Positions 47,522-62,100 of a DNA stretch of 64,000 nt are shown here, piece by piece. The notes beneath the pieces were generated by a model that worked only from the letters and a program-made list of their open reading frames with translations, ran no database searches and was not told where the DNA came from. The position numbers and the translations under genes were made by a program. Within the stretch, counting starts at the first letter, position 1. Each line of letters begins with the position of its first letter. This DNA comes from Cirrosporium novae-zelandiae (Eukaryota), in NCBI GenBank assembly GCA_026023565.1, contig JAPETS010000021.1:310001-374000 (forward strand), given 5' to 3'.

Positions 47522-48333
47522 GAGAGCCTTCAATATTCTGGGAAAAAAACTGGGGGACTATAAATCAGGATTTTTATATCGCTCATATTATGTCTGTTAT
47601 TTATGAATAGATAAATAGGCACTCGGAGCTTCAATTAATACAGGATAACGCGATTGCGCATAAGGGACGCAAAACTAAAGCTGAATTAGAACGACGGCAA
47701 ATTCCGGTTATAGATTAGCCCTCGAATTCGCCTGATTTGAACCCTATTGAAACTTTATAGGATAAATTGAAGGATTGAATGTACGAATATTACCCCTAAT
47801 ATTATAAATTAACATCACCGAGACTGCGGCCGATTATTGCAGAAGCTTGGGAAACAGTCGCAACACCGGAGGTGTTAAAATAATTAATTAAAACCATGAG
47901 AGGTAGATGCCAAGCCGTCATAGATGCAGAAGGCTCGCATACAAAATTCTAGAGTAACAGTTAAAATGCAGACAGCTAAGACCCCTGTTAAAGTGTGGCG
48001 AAGTAACAATAATTCCAGCATTGACTAAGTAGAGTATCTCAGAGCTATCTTCTTACCATAGTACTTCGAGTATAATCTAGGTATAAAATAAAGTATCCTT
48101 TCGTGCCTTTAGTACCATGACATCATCCGGCATATGCCGGCCCTAGGAAACACTAAACTACGATAGACCGGTGGTCGCCTGTTTGTTAGTCAGCACATTC
48201 ACGCAAAGATCACCTCACCCATCCGACTCCGACAGTTCCAAGTCTCTTCATCGTACTTTTGACATCTCATTTGAACGTGCTTCAGAGCTATATTGCTACA
48301 TTCAATTCTCCTCTCAATTTGTCTCAATTTACA

Positions 48334-49015
48334 ATGTTTACCCAGCGACTGATTACTCGCCTCCCCCAGCATGCCGGCCAGCAGCTGCGTGTCCAATCAT
48401 TGCGATCCGTTGCGCCGAGGCGTTTTGCCAGCCAGGAATCCCATAAACTCGAAGGGGCAATGGACAATGCTTTCAACAGAGAAAGAGCTGCCGTGAAGCA
48501 GCATGCGGCTGAAACCAGTGGTCAGTTGGGGTTCCATTTTTGGGTGATGCAAATACTAACTTTGTTCCTTAGATCTTTGGCGGAAGCTCTCCATTTAGTA
48601 ATGATCTAACTCCCTCAACTTTGACTAGGACCCTACTTATAGAGGTAGTGCTTGCATTCCATGTCTTCTGATCGCCGGCGTGAATGCGTATAACTTGTGG
48701 AATGAGCATTGGGAGCACTGGGAGCATCTGCCACCTCTCGAAGAACGCCCTGAATATCCATACATGAACATTAGAACCAAGAATTTTCCGTGGGGTGATG
48801 GAGATAAGGTAAGTGGACATCTGTTCACACTTCACTGGTCTTCGAGGATATGCAAATACTAATTACGAGATTCTGGATAGACCCTCTTGTAAGTCTACAA
48901 GTCCGATATCTTCGAGGAAATATTTGATGGCTTGATTCTGAGAATGAGAAGATGCTGATGTTTTCCCTTTAATAGCTGGAATGATAAAGTGAATTACCAC
49001 CACAAAGATGAATAA
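48334..49015 (+). CDS. COX13: Cytochrome c oxidase subunit VIa, 5 exons
   Basis: Arg-rich presequence; NAFNRERAAVKQHAAETS|DLWRKLSIY, EHWEHWEH...EYPYMNIRTKNFPWGDGDK|TLF|WNDKVNYH. Confidence 0.95.
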
Positions 49016-49328
49016 CTTTGTTGTCAACAGGTTGGGGTATTATGCTCAAACTCGCCATATGAGGGCGAAAACTTTTTTATGTTGCGCTTTATGAGACTTC
49101 AGAAGTCCTATATTAGCCCTTGATTGATACTTCTGTTTTGTACAAATTCCTCTTGAGGTCGAAGATGTGGTTCAGATGTGGGTATTATAAATGGAATTGT
49201 AAGAATGAATTCCCTCGGAACTACGTAAAATTCGCTATTTCAAAAAGAGGGTCCCAAATGATTCGGAGTGGTCAACCGTTAATTAAATAAATTAGAGGAT
49301 GTCCAATCCTAAGAGCATATACAAAGGG

Positions 49329-52023
49329 TTATGTTTCATTCGAAACTGGTCTAGTCATGTTTAGATAGTTGCTTGCAGCATCATTCGCATGAGTCAAGTC
49401 GCTGCTGATTTGCATAACTATGGCTTTTTTTGCCAGTGTCTCACGCTGGTCCCTGACACTCTCGATGCTAGAATACTCAAAGTGTGCACGGTCTAAATAT
49501 TCACATGCCATCTTTAATTCTTCCTTCCTCCTGCTTGAGCCTTTTTCAGCTCCTCCCGCAAGGCCGATATGAGCATCAGCCAAGTATGAATAACCCCGTG
49601 CAATATTCTCAGAGAGTTCGCATTCTAATGCCTGCGGGATTATTGCTTCTAAGATCTGGGCCGAAGCATCGAATTCCTTGAGGATGTTGAGAATATGAGC
49701 TAATATACTTGTTGCTTCCCAGAGCAGAGGCATTATTCGAGCACGATGGGCAATACTTCCCGCACGCATTATTATAGAAAAGCCTTTCTGTGGTTTACCA
49801 CAATCATTGAATATCCTAGCTTTCATGATCAAGAGCTTGACTTGAATATAACCATCGTATGTTGCATTTTGGTGTTTTGTGTAAATATTGTCTATTAGCT
49901 GGAGGGCTGTGGCATACTCACCCCACCGTATTAAATGCTCTAAACGGAGTATAAATAGTGTAAACACAAGCTCTGTATCGTCTGGTGGTAAAGACTCAAG
50001 CTGAGCAGATATGGACTCAAAGGTTTTTTGCTCGTCTCTGAAAACGGGAACTTAGCAATTGGTCTTACAAAAGTAGGCGAAATCATACCTGTACAATGCG
50101 TGCTGTATGTGGAGGAGCTGGGAAAAGAACACCCAATATTGATGGTACCTGAGGGTACACCTGCACTCGGAATATATGTCGCTCATGATTTTCATAGCTT
50201 CCTTGTAATGGCCCTTATGTACTAACTTTTTGATATCATTAGATAAGGGGATTGGATGGCCCACGGTATATTTTACACACCAGGAATGAGTTTCTACAAA
50301 CAGCTCTGATAGTTTCTTCGACTGGAGACCCACTTGCGTAACATCGAAGAAAGATCTTTACATAAGAGCATGCAAGTTGAGTGATCCCTGCAGTGGTAGA
50401 AATATTAGACAATTATATTGTTATTGACCAAAGAGTCACTTACCAAGCCGTCCGAAGGTAGATGCTTGCAACATCAATTGCGGGCCAATAGCATTTGTAA
50501 CGTTTTTGGTGGCATTAACATGAGACGCTTTGACAATACTTTCTAATGCAATGGAAACATTTTCTCCCTATCAATAAGAATGTTAGAAGCCCTGGTCTGT
50601 ATGTCCACGCTTTGCATCAAAATGATATACTAACACTTTGCAGTCCTAACTTTGCTTCACTGAGCAATGTAGTACTCAAAAGACTCCACATTCCGGTTTC
50701 TTTGGCTTTTGATTTAAGAAAAATAAGGCCTTCCTTCTCAGTACCCAACATTCCACTGCTATGGACCCCCTTCATCTCTTCAGGGTGGGCTTTGTCAAAA
50801 TGGTATAGCCAGCTTAGACAAAAGTTCAGGCAATTGATATCTTTATTCTCACGAGCAGTAGATATTGCCTCACTCATTGCCGCGATTGATTCGCCATAGC
50901 ATCCAAAATCGGCCTGGAGAGTTGCAAGATTCAACAAAGCATACTGGTAGAATGTACGGTCTCGACTTTGCATCGTGTAATCAAAGTAGCGATGGAGGTT
51001 ACTAAAAGCTGAAGGATAATCAGAAGCTTTCCATGAGTCAAGAAACCTATGGATTAAGTTAGTCCTTGTGGTCCCAAGATGAAGGAAATTTAGGTAAAAT
51101 TGTATGCGAAGATAGTTTATCAATAACAGCAACGATAGGTGGACCAACTTGATATAGTGAAATAAGCTAGGGACGGCAATATTTGTCCTCGATATTTCCC
51201 TTAATTTTGCTTTTATTTCATCAGGAACCCTGCTACCCAGATCTAAAAACATTATCAGGAGCTGATGACGTAGATGAAGAATATGCTATCTTTTGAGGGG
51301 CATACTTTGCATTTCATCCACTTGAAATTCAAGGAGCTTTTCGACGTCGTGAGTGCTGAAGAAGCCGTATAAGTTTCCATTCTCCCCCAAATGTCCATAT
51401 ACCAAGGTATTTAAAGGATTGCCCCATGCAAATGTGTTTTGTTGGAGGTTGATATCAAAACTAAGCGGCCCAGCTGATGGATTAACCGTCCTCCAATGTG
51501 CTAATGTGGGTGCTCGATAAGCAATTAAACATTCCCACAAGAAAACTACATCATGGAATTGAAGGCGGGTAAACTCAAGCTGTGCTTTTCTAATGAAAAT
51601 ACCAAAGGGAGATGTTCGAGAAAGTCGCATGCGATCTGGTGGATACTGGATACCATTCTCAACGTCTATTTGCTGTTGTTCGTGTGTTCTGGCTAGAATA
51701 TATGAAAGATGGGTGAAGAAGCAGTGGAGGGATTCACAACAATCAATGGCCCATATTTTCTTGAGGAAAAGATCCCAAATGGTTCGACCTGGAATTGTGG
51801 ATATATGCGGACTGAGTGTTAATTCAAAATCATCAACTGGAATCTGAAAATCACGAGCCGACGCCAAAGATGCACCATCTGTTTTGGAGGGGTCTTGTGG
51901 CAAAATATGGGCAACGATGAAGGAGAGAATGGATATCGAAGAAATGGTTGGAACAGCCCCATCTGCGTATACAGAGATAAGAACTAGTAATCCAACCTTG
52001 GAAGGAGTAAGGTAACGAGCCAT
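49329..52023 (-). CDS. APC5: Anaphase-promoting complex subunit 5, multi-exon
   Basis: MARYLTPSKVGLLVLI; Apc5 motif AFSNLHRYFDY...YQYALLNLATLQADFG...EAISTARENKDINCL; TPR-like C-terminus. Confidence 0.92.
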
Positions 52024-52710
52024 CGCGGCCTTGTCTGAGGCTGAGATTGTAGCCTTGCTGGTTCATTAACCTGAGAATCATAATATCTCAGCTAATGTCA
52101 GATCCTATAAGAAACTCAGGATGAGAGCAGACTATACCCTACAGAAGATCATCTAAATCACTTCTGTACCCAATAGATTCAGGGTGGAATATCAGGACGC
52201 AGAATGAATATGCTTATGAGATAGTGAGAGTAGGAGTCGCCTTTTCTACACAGTAGTTAATTAGTTACCCTTCTGATAATTTTTTTTTCGAAATAATTAG
52301 CTTACCCGGAGAGATATGCAAGAGCATCACAATAGCAGGTGCTTCTAGCGCGTTTTAGAAAGACATGTACTGTACTACAGTAATACGAAAACTTGACCTA
52401 CGACGTAAGGTGTCACCCTTAGTAACATAGTAGTTTACAATACCACGTACAAGTGCTGTTACATGCTCGTATCTAATGCACTGTAAGGCCGAGGGTTGAA
52501 GTTAACTAATAGTACACTTTTTGAGAACATCACAAAAAGCCACTGTGGTACGCGAACACCATGAAGTACCCACACAGTAAGTTTCCTTTAGCTCCTTAGC
52601 TCTCTACCTTGAACTAATAACTTAATTCTTGCATGTAGTCGTAGCCACAGACACTACATAAGAAACTTGAAATTTGCCCACTGAGGACCTGAATTACCTC
52701 TCGGTTGTCT

Positions 52711-53837
52711 ATGCATCATATCATTACATCAAGCAAGTACAGCAGTCCACAATCGCTCATGCCGGAAAATATACCTGAGCACTCAGAATGTTATAATTCT
52801 GGTTCAGTACACCAAAAAGAAGATGAGACTAGTCATGATCACCGGCATCACCTGAAAAGGAAACGACGGGAGAAGGACAGAAATCAAGAAGGAGAGGCTG
52901 GGAAAAGTGGTGAACAACAGAGTCTAGTTGAGACTGGTTTACAGCCTGGAGTAGAGGACGTAACTCAATCTGCCGAACCCCAAAGAATAGCTTCTAATGG
53001 CCCTGCTGGACATAACCAACGTCGGAAGAAGTATAAACAGACCGGGTTGGATGCTTCTAATAAGGACACGCGATCTCAGACGGGGAATATGAATAACAAA
53101 AGCCAATCGGGCTCTCCTGCTTCTACTGGACATGGAAACAATGGAACGGCTAGGGAGAAAGGACAACGGTTCATTGTCTTCATAGGTAAGTTAATTGGAT
53201 TTAACAGCCCATATTTTCACCCCCTTGGTCCTACATCATTTATCACAATGGTACTAAAGCAACTTACCATATTTTGCCGCTTGACTGATTCATTACGACC
53301 ACCTTCAGGTAATCTCCCCTACAGCACAACTAAGGAATCAATTGCCTCGCACTTTGACAAAGTTCATCCAAGTTCAGTAAGGTTGCCTACGAAAAAGGAC
53401 GATGGTAAATCAAAGGGATTTGCGTTCTTGGAATTTGAGGCCTACGATCGAATGAAAACATGTCTAAATCTGTATCATCATTCTCTATTTGATGATGGGG
53501 TTTCACATCCAAGGAAAATAAATGTTGAGTTGACGTAAGTTTATAGTAGTTTTTTTTATTATTAAACCTCACCATATATTTCTCTTCGCGAATCGACAAG
53601 GTCATGAATTCTCTAGCTAACTCCTGAACTAGAGCTGGTGGAGGAGGAGCAAAGAGTGAAGAAAGGCGGACAAAACTTAAATACAAAAATGAGAGGCTCA
53701 ATCAACAGCGGATGCGAAGACGGCAAGCTGAAATGCTTGGTAAAAAAAATCAAGATTCCCCGGTGTCATTGGATGGACTAACAACGGATGAACCGAACCA
53801 CATACATCCGAGTCGAAGGAAGATTGTCTCCTTATGA
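52711..53837 (+). CDS. NOP6: Single-RRM nucleolar protein, Nop6-like, 3 exons; start uncertain
   Basis: RFIVFIG|NLPY (RNP2), KSKGFAFLEF (RNP1), RKINVELT|AGGGG..RRTKLKYKNERL, C-terminal IHPSR. Confidence 0.78.
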
Positions 53838-54193
53838 TGACTTGAAAATGATCAGGTGCCGGCCAGTCACATCGGAACAGTGATAGAAGCACTTGAAAAG
53901 TTGATGGTTCTACTATTCGCTAAGCTTTTGCAAAATCATAATACATGGTTTAATGGCATTTATTCTGGTACTGCTGCTATATTTATTCTGCCTTCTCAAA
54001 ACCATGCATGACACAGTCATAACAAACATGACTAGTGTTGATCATATTATTCAAAGTCCCTATCCTCATTCTCCAAACGCCAAGCTCGAAAACCATGCTA
54101 TACTGACCGGGGATCTTCTTCCATCTCCAAATACCCTTGATGACTATCTAGTGAAGATTTGGGACACAGCTGTGACACAAATAGTCTAGTCCA

Positions 54194-55074
<881 letters not shown>

Positions 55075-55895
55075 TTTTCGCAAAAAAATTGTGGATATTG
55101 TTGGAATAGTATAAGTGGTTCGATGCAGTATCTAAATGATGGTTTTAGTATTATGAGCAAGAATTCAAAGCTTATTTGCAGTACGCAAGAGGAACTCCCG
55201 TACTTAAATGGCCCTCTTTTATTGCTTGATGTTTCCAGTAGATATGTTCACAGATATGTAGTAGGAGGATTGAAGATGCCTATCGCCGCATGTATATACA
55301 GAAGGTAGATGTTTATGGCCTGCAGGTCTTAGATCTGACACACAGAGAGCTCTAGGGTTCTCTCAACGGGAGCTCAAGGAGCAGCTAGTGTGGATGGGAA
55401 TGGCAATTTGATGGGGAAGGATATAAGCATAGAAGTCAAGCCAAAAATTATCAATAGATTTGAGTGAGAAGGACTTAATAGTAGCAGCCGCAAATACTTA
55501 GTAATGGCTCAATGGCTTCGGCTGTCAGGTTGTTGTGAAATTGAAAGAGAAGATGTCCGGCAACTGAGCCAGCGCTTGAGAAGGGGAGATACGGAGGTTT
55601 TCTGCCACTGAAGCCCGTCCGTTTGCTACCACCCACGCCTGCAAATCGATCCGAATGGGTAACCACCGCTGTTTGAGCCCCTCCTTCCTACTTGAGGCAA
55701 CTCACGTCTGAGTATCTTGGTACATAGGAACCTACGAAAATAGGATATCGGAGGTCTTTCACCTGTTACATTTTCAGGTTATTATTATTGTACGATGTAA
55801 AACCTTTTACTATGAATTCTTAAACTACCGAATGAAATATTAATTAATTACCACAGCATTACTTGTAGAGACTAACTCTGGGGCTTCAGGTACAT

Positions 55896-55904
55896 GTCAC
55901 GTGA
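55896..55904. promoter_or_regulatory. GTCACGTGA E-box (Cbf1/bHLH-type) in the RAC1/RGD1 divergent promoter
   Basis: Exact RTCACGTG consensus about 180 bp upstream of the RGD1 ATG; function not shown. Confidence 0.35.
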
Positions 55905-56082
55905 GTTGCGTTCCTGAGGCGTAGAAGCGGAAGGTTAGAGAGCCGACATAGCCAACCTTAACACATTGACAATTACTTGGTGCTTGACCAACAAAGTACC
56001 TACATACCTCTTTAGTAAAGCTTCTTTCATTTATTTGTCTCCCGTAACTTCGACATACACGTATTTATTTCCTTGTTCAAGA

Positions 56083-58559
56083 ATGAATCAAGAGGGAGAT
56101 GTGGATCAGCATATTTCAGATGGTTCGGCCCATCCGATCGCTAATGCTATCGAAATAACGAATCCTACGGCCCAAGATGACTTGACGCCGAATGACTCTC
56201 ACACTTCTCCCGAAGTTCACGCTCAGAATCCTTCTGTGAGCGATCAGGGAGATGGGAATAATGTTTCCATGGACAAAGTATTCAGTTCTGATGTAAGCTC
56301 AGTGATGTTTGGATTGTCCTCGCTCTGACGACAGACTCTTACTGGGACTATCAGATTGGTGTGACGACCTTGCTGAACCGACTGAAACAAAGCATTGGTT
56401 CTTGCCGAGTAAGTCGGGTGTGCTTGAGTGATATGTGCAACATGTTGAAACAAGGCCGATAGGATTTTGCAGCCTTCCTAAAGAAACGATCAGCGATTGA
56501 AGAAGACCACGCACAGGGACTGAAAAAGCTCTGTAGGGGACACGATATTTTCCGTCGACCCGAACACCATCAAGAGTCTTATACTAGAAGCTACGAAGAG
56601 ATCAACCGCATACATGAACATATGGCCGATCAAGGTATTCAGTTTAGCAATGCGTTACATCAAATATCAGATGAGCTACAAGAGCTCGCCTCGAATATAG
56701 ACAGAGGACGAAAACATTGGAAACAGGCTGGGCTTGCTGCTGAGAAGAAGGCTCAAGATGCGGAAAATGCCATGTCAAAGGCTAAGGTGAAGTACGATGG
56801 ACTATCCGAAGACTATGATCGAGCGCGTACCGGGGACAGGTCAAGCAAAAAATTTGGATTGAAAGGATCGAGGTCTGCGGCACAGCATGAGGAAGACCTT
56901 TTTCGCAAGGTCCAAACTGCGGATGCTGATTATGCATCCAAAGTTCAGTTTGCGCAGAAACAACAGTGGGAGCTCATGAATACGCTTCGACCACAGGCCA
57001 CTCGAGAATTATACAAGCTCATCACAGAGTGTGACGCTGGCCTCACATGTCAAATGCAATTATTTGGTATGAAAGTTGTTTTCGTATATATAATAAACCA
57101 TATGCTAATTATTTTCTTAGCTGCTTTAAATGAGAGATGGCTACTTAGCAACAGCAGATGCGTCAGTCCTCTGAAATCTCAGGGTAATGAGACCCATGGT
57201 GACTCACAAACTCTCCGGGACATTGTTGGTATGATTGATAATGAGAAGGATTTCAAAAAATTTATTGCAAGTTGTGCTTCAAAAATCGGTCCTCCTCCAT
57301 CTGAGATCAAGTATGAGCAACATCCGGTGGGGTCCTAGCTTTATTAGATATTTGGAAGCGTCCTAGGTTAATAATCCTTAGATACTGATGAACCAGTCAC
57401 AAGCTCAATCGGGGGCCTCTCATCTATCCACGACCCCAGACCCTGGGCAGACGATTCATCCTAAAAGCCCCCCTACATTTCAGCAGTCAAATCCACGGTA
57501 TAGTTACGAGAGTCCTCTACAACAAAACCAGCCAAACCCTGTACAACCTCCAGATTATAATGCTAGCGGGCCAATTGGTTCAAGTCAGCCATATTCTCCG
57601 AATGATGCACCCTCCCAACCCATATCTTCCCCGGCTTATATGCGGGTAGCCCAGAGAAATGGCCATGGAAACGACTTAAATAGTAACAGTGCACCGCTGA
57701 GGAGCTTTCCACCTTTAAAACCAGTTTTTGGTGTCTCGCTACAGGAACTTTTTCATAGGGATGGGTCTCCAGTACCTATGATAGCTTCTCAGTGTATGCA
57801 AGCAGTAGATCTATATGGCCTGGAAGTGGAGGGAATCTATCGACTCTCCGGTACTGCCTCACACGTGAACCAAATCAAGGAATTGTTCGATCACGGTAAG
57901 CTAATACGTCCCTACAAATAGAAACCACGGAAACGCTTAAAATCAATTACTAATCACTCTATACCAGACTCATCTCAAGTGGATTTCAGGAATCCCGAGA
58001 TTTTTTTCCATGATGTCAACAGCGTAGCTGGCTTGCTCAAGCAATTTTTCAGGGAGCTTCCTGACCCCCTTCTAACTGCTGAACATTATGATGAATTCGT
58101 CAATGCTGCCCGTGGGTCCCCCCTGCTATGCTTATGGCCACATTACTGATGCTACGATCTTTACTAGGAGCTGATGATGACAACATTCGGCGAGACACGC
58201 TTCATGCTGTCATTAACAGCCTTCCTGACCCTAATTATGCAACATTACGGGCCCTTGTTTTAGTTAGTAATCCCATTCTCTTGACTATTAAATCATGGCC
58301 TTTTCAACTCCTAATGTTTATTTAGCATCTCAACCGAGTTCAAGAGCATTCTCAAGTAAATCGAATGACTGGGGCGAATTTAGCCATTGTTTTCGGGTGA
58401 ATCACCTCGCCATCTCATGCAACAATTTAGTAAAATGCTTACATAGACTACAGACCAACGTTAATGGGAGTAGGCAGAAGTCTGTCTGATGCAGGGTGGC
58501 AAGTACGAGTCATCGACACTATCTTGCAGAACACATACCAGATATTTGATGACGACTGA
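56083..58559 (+). CDS. RGD1: F-BAR plus RhoGAP protein Rgd1-like, multi-exon
   Basis: IGVTTLLNRLKQS..DFAAFLKKRSAIEEDHAQGL (FCH); PVFGVSL, VEGIYRLSG (arginine finger), DVNSVAGLLKQFFRELPDPL, NRMTGANLAIVFGPTLM. Confidence 0.93.
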
Positions 58560-59115
58560 TGTGCTATCCGCACATAGCCAATGAATTGACTATAATAATA
58601 GTCACTCGTGAATGATTATGCGATACTGTACGGAAGTATTGCGGGAGGTATTTCAATTCCCATAAGCTTGAGCTGAGTGAACAATAACATTTATGATTCC
58701 CTTGATTTTGTTGATAAGAAGTGATGATAAGGAGTGATATGGTCATCCCTGAAAACGTGTAAAATAATGTATCTATTAATCATCCTATCCATTGAAAAGA
58801 AGGCAGAAGGACACATACCACTTTTCCGCTCCATTCTTGAACAAAACGCGGTCCAGTGTGCTTAAATAATAGAAATACAATGACAGTGCTAATACACGGA
58901 TGCATTATTGAAATCGATTCGGAACTTGTTTTAGGTATGTCTCTATCAAGGTATCGGCCCGGTCGACCATGCTAATTCAATTAAATCATTACGACTCATG
59001 ATGGACCATCATAATAAAGCAAGACCGTCAAAATAAATCTGACCGCATTTAGTATAGCCGTCCAGTACTAGCGTCTCAGTTCGCTGACGAATACAAAAAT
59101 AATAGAGTAATAAAT

Positions 59116-62100
59116 TCAAGCCCTTCTAGCATTGAATAATCCTAGACTGAGTGCAGTATCATTGTTTCCCACATATGGTGTAGGTTCTTCTAGAATTTCC
59201 CACCTCTTCAGTACATATGGCATCGTCTTTCCAAATCCCTTCTGCTGGATCTGGAGCCAGCCAATACTCTCCTCATGATAGCCAAAGAGAAAACGTAAAT
59301 GGGGATCGCTACCTACCAAATGTTCTTTGAACAGCCGGGAACAATGCAGCCGTGATTCTGGTGGCATATTATCCACGAGCAAGGCGGCAACGTCGAACAC
59401 GGATGCACTGATATAGGGATAACAAGCAACACATGGAATAGTAATGACAGAGACAAGAGAAATTAAGAGGTGGCGAGTAAAATCGACATTGTGGGTGTTC
59501 TTATTCCCGGTAGCATTGCTATTATGGGTATTAGAGAAACACTTCATGTGGGCAATGATAAGATGAAGCAGAGCTTGGAGAGAAGACATGGCAGGGCCAA
59601 GGTCATATGAGGTTTCGGCAGGGTCAGCCGACATGTCACATGGGAGTGTAAACTTTCCACAATCTCCCTTTGGCAGAATTCCAGATATCAGCCGCGCCTT
59701 ATCCGCAAGCACAGGCCGCATCCTAGGAAATCCACTTTCAGGAACGCTATAAGCGACCGTGTCAAAGATGGATATCAAGTTTGGAACGGATACTTGGGAA
59801 CTAGGGGTAGATGGATAAGCCGAGAGCATATCAACTTCAGCATATTCCCGGATTTGACTAGCCACTCGTTGGTCAAGCCCGGACACCAACTCCATCCACA
59901 ATGTATTTGTAGATGAAGAGCTTGACCTCATAACTTCATATATTGCACGGATGGAAGTGCCATAACTGCTACTGTCTTTTTTAACATGCCGAGAGTCAGG
60001 ATCAAGAGCAACCCGAAGCTCAAACTTGCAAAAAGGTAGTGAAATGTAATCAGCCTTCTGCAAAACTCTTCGAATGGCAAGACACGTATTTGAAGTAGAA
60101 AACACTGTCGGCTCTTTAGACTCTAATGTGTTAGATAGGAGACTAATAATGCACTCAAATGAATCCTGTGAACGATGCAGTAGAGGCTGCACAAAGTCAT
60201 TGAATAGCCGATCCCCAGAAGATATTATTAACTGACGCAGTACGCCTTTAATTGATGGTATATCTTGTAATAAGCTTCCAAATCGATCCTTTGAGCATTC
60301 TTGGACATCAATGCTTGTTTCGACCCATTTTCGGAGAATAAATATAACATCATCTGGATGCAAGTTGATGAATTTCTGTTGTGCAAGGCGGCACCTATAG
60401 CACAGCAAAGAGCTATACTTATTTTTAGGCGCGTTTTGAAATACAATGCTGAGAATATCCATTGCTAGCTGGTACTTTATATTGGTTGAAAGGTTGCGAT
60501 CGAAAACTCTCCTAGCACTAGAAACCAGAACGTCAAGGCTCAAACAACCTGCTCCGACAAGTGACATAACTATCTGCGGCAGAGAAAGCCCTGGCGGGTC
60601 TGTCATCTTCTTCTCAAGCCAGCTAGAAATCAGGTTATCAAAGACCCTGGCATTAATTGCTCTTAGTTTTGACAATGAATCATTGGAAGAACTCGAGAAC
60701 TTTCCATAATCAATAAGGTCAGTGACAAATCTTGGAACCATCATCTCAAACGATCTCATTAGCACCCGTTCGTCTGCCCGAGTACCAGTCATAAGAAGTT
60801 GATCAATTTCATCTTGAACGGGATAATCTGAATGTTGAACCGTCTCTGTCATGCTATCAGAAACAGGTGAGTTGGCTAAAGCAGCGGGCCTTCGATCAGA
60901 AGGCGTGATCATGTGATAGAGGCACCTGACAAAGCCAATATGCCCGGGGAATCGAAGACTAAGGCTGAGAGCAGAGTTGATAGATATCCTGCTGATGGGT
61001 TTGGGGCCTTTCAAACTAAGGAATTGTGATAGTAGTTTCTGAGAAAGATCCTCAACAATACCCATCATTAGGAATATATCGAAGTGTAAATTAATTGTAT
61101 CGGCTACACAACCCAGGGTAACCGGATCGGTAGAATATGAAATCAAGCTGAGGAGCGCTGCGAGAGCAGAGAAATCCTCCAAACATTCCAGTGCATTACA
61201 AAGGCTCCAGCACTGTTCCCTATATATTGGTGAAAGCGCTAAGGAAACAGACTCCTGAGCAGTGTTTCGATTGGTATGAAATTCGATTTGGGACAAAACC
61301 CGATGTTTTACCCAAGAAGTGACAGCTGACCGAATAGTATAGGACAGGTGAGAGAGTGAGGTTTCCGTAACAAGAGTAGCACTAGGGTTTGGATCCGGAG
61401 GCCCCAGAATATCTGGGGCCTTAGATGCAAGTAAAGCTTCAATGTCCATGATTTTAGACGATTCTACATAAACGGAAAAGCCCACGCGCCTTAAAAGCGA
61501 ATTTCGAAGATTCAAAATGTGTGGAGGAAAGCACTCAATTGGTAATTCTGAGACAAAGCCTTCAGCGGATTTTTTAAGATCATCTAGTTCTCTCAATCCA
61601 CCTCGGGCTGTTACCCATTGTAAGTATCTCCCAGCAGAGAAACATTTTGAGGCAATAGTCTCTCCCAATGTTTGGTAGAGAAATTTCTTCCGCAATCCAT
61701 GGATGGAGTTTGAAAGAGATAAGAAGGACAGAATCCCGTCGTCTATATTAATATCGAGCCTTTGCCATGTAAGTAGAAGGCGAGAAGCAAGGTAGACTCT
61801 GGCATGGCCTTCACGATATGATGTAGATGCCCATTCCAGAAGCGTTTTTACCAGCAAATTGTGATCTGGTGTTGCGACCAAACAATTGGAAGATACTGTA
61901 GCCAAATCAAACTTCGATCGACATGTGTCCAAAATTTGAATCAGGTGTTGTTGCAAAGAATTTGAGAAAGGCGTCGTACTAGTTTTGACTGGAGGGATGA
62001 GACTAAGATTTCTTGCGGATAATTTTGACAGGTCGAGGTGTAGAAATGGAATATCTAAGTAGCCAGAGCCTAAAACTTCTCGATATTGGTCCCAAGAATT

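Larger units (their letters stand above)
46314..48029 (+). mobile_element. Degenerate Tc1/mariner DNA transposon with imperfect TIRs
   Basis: TIR core ATTGTTACTTCGCCAC at 46333-46348 matches the reverse complement at 47995-48010, extends imperfectly to about 37 bp and is flanked by TA. Transposase remnants: HTH-like region at 46608-47010; IFWEKNWGTI, QDNAIAH, *PSNSPDLNPIETL*, MRGRCQAVIDAEGSHTKF* at 47522-47952. Confidence 0.9.
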
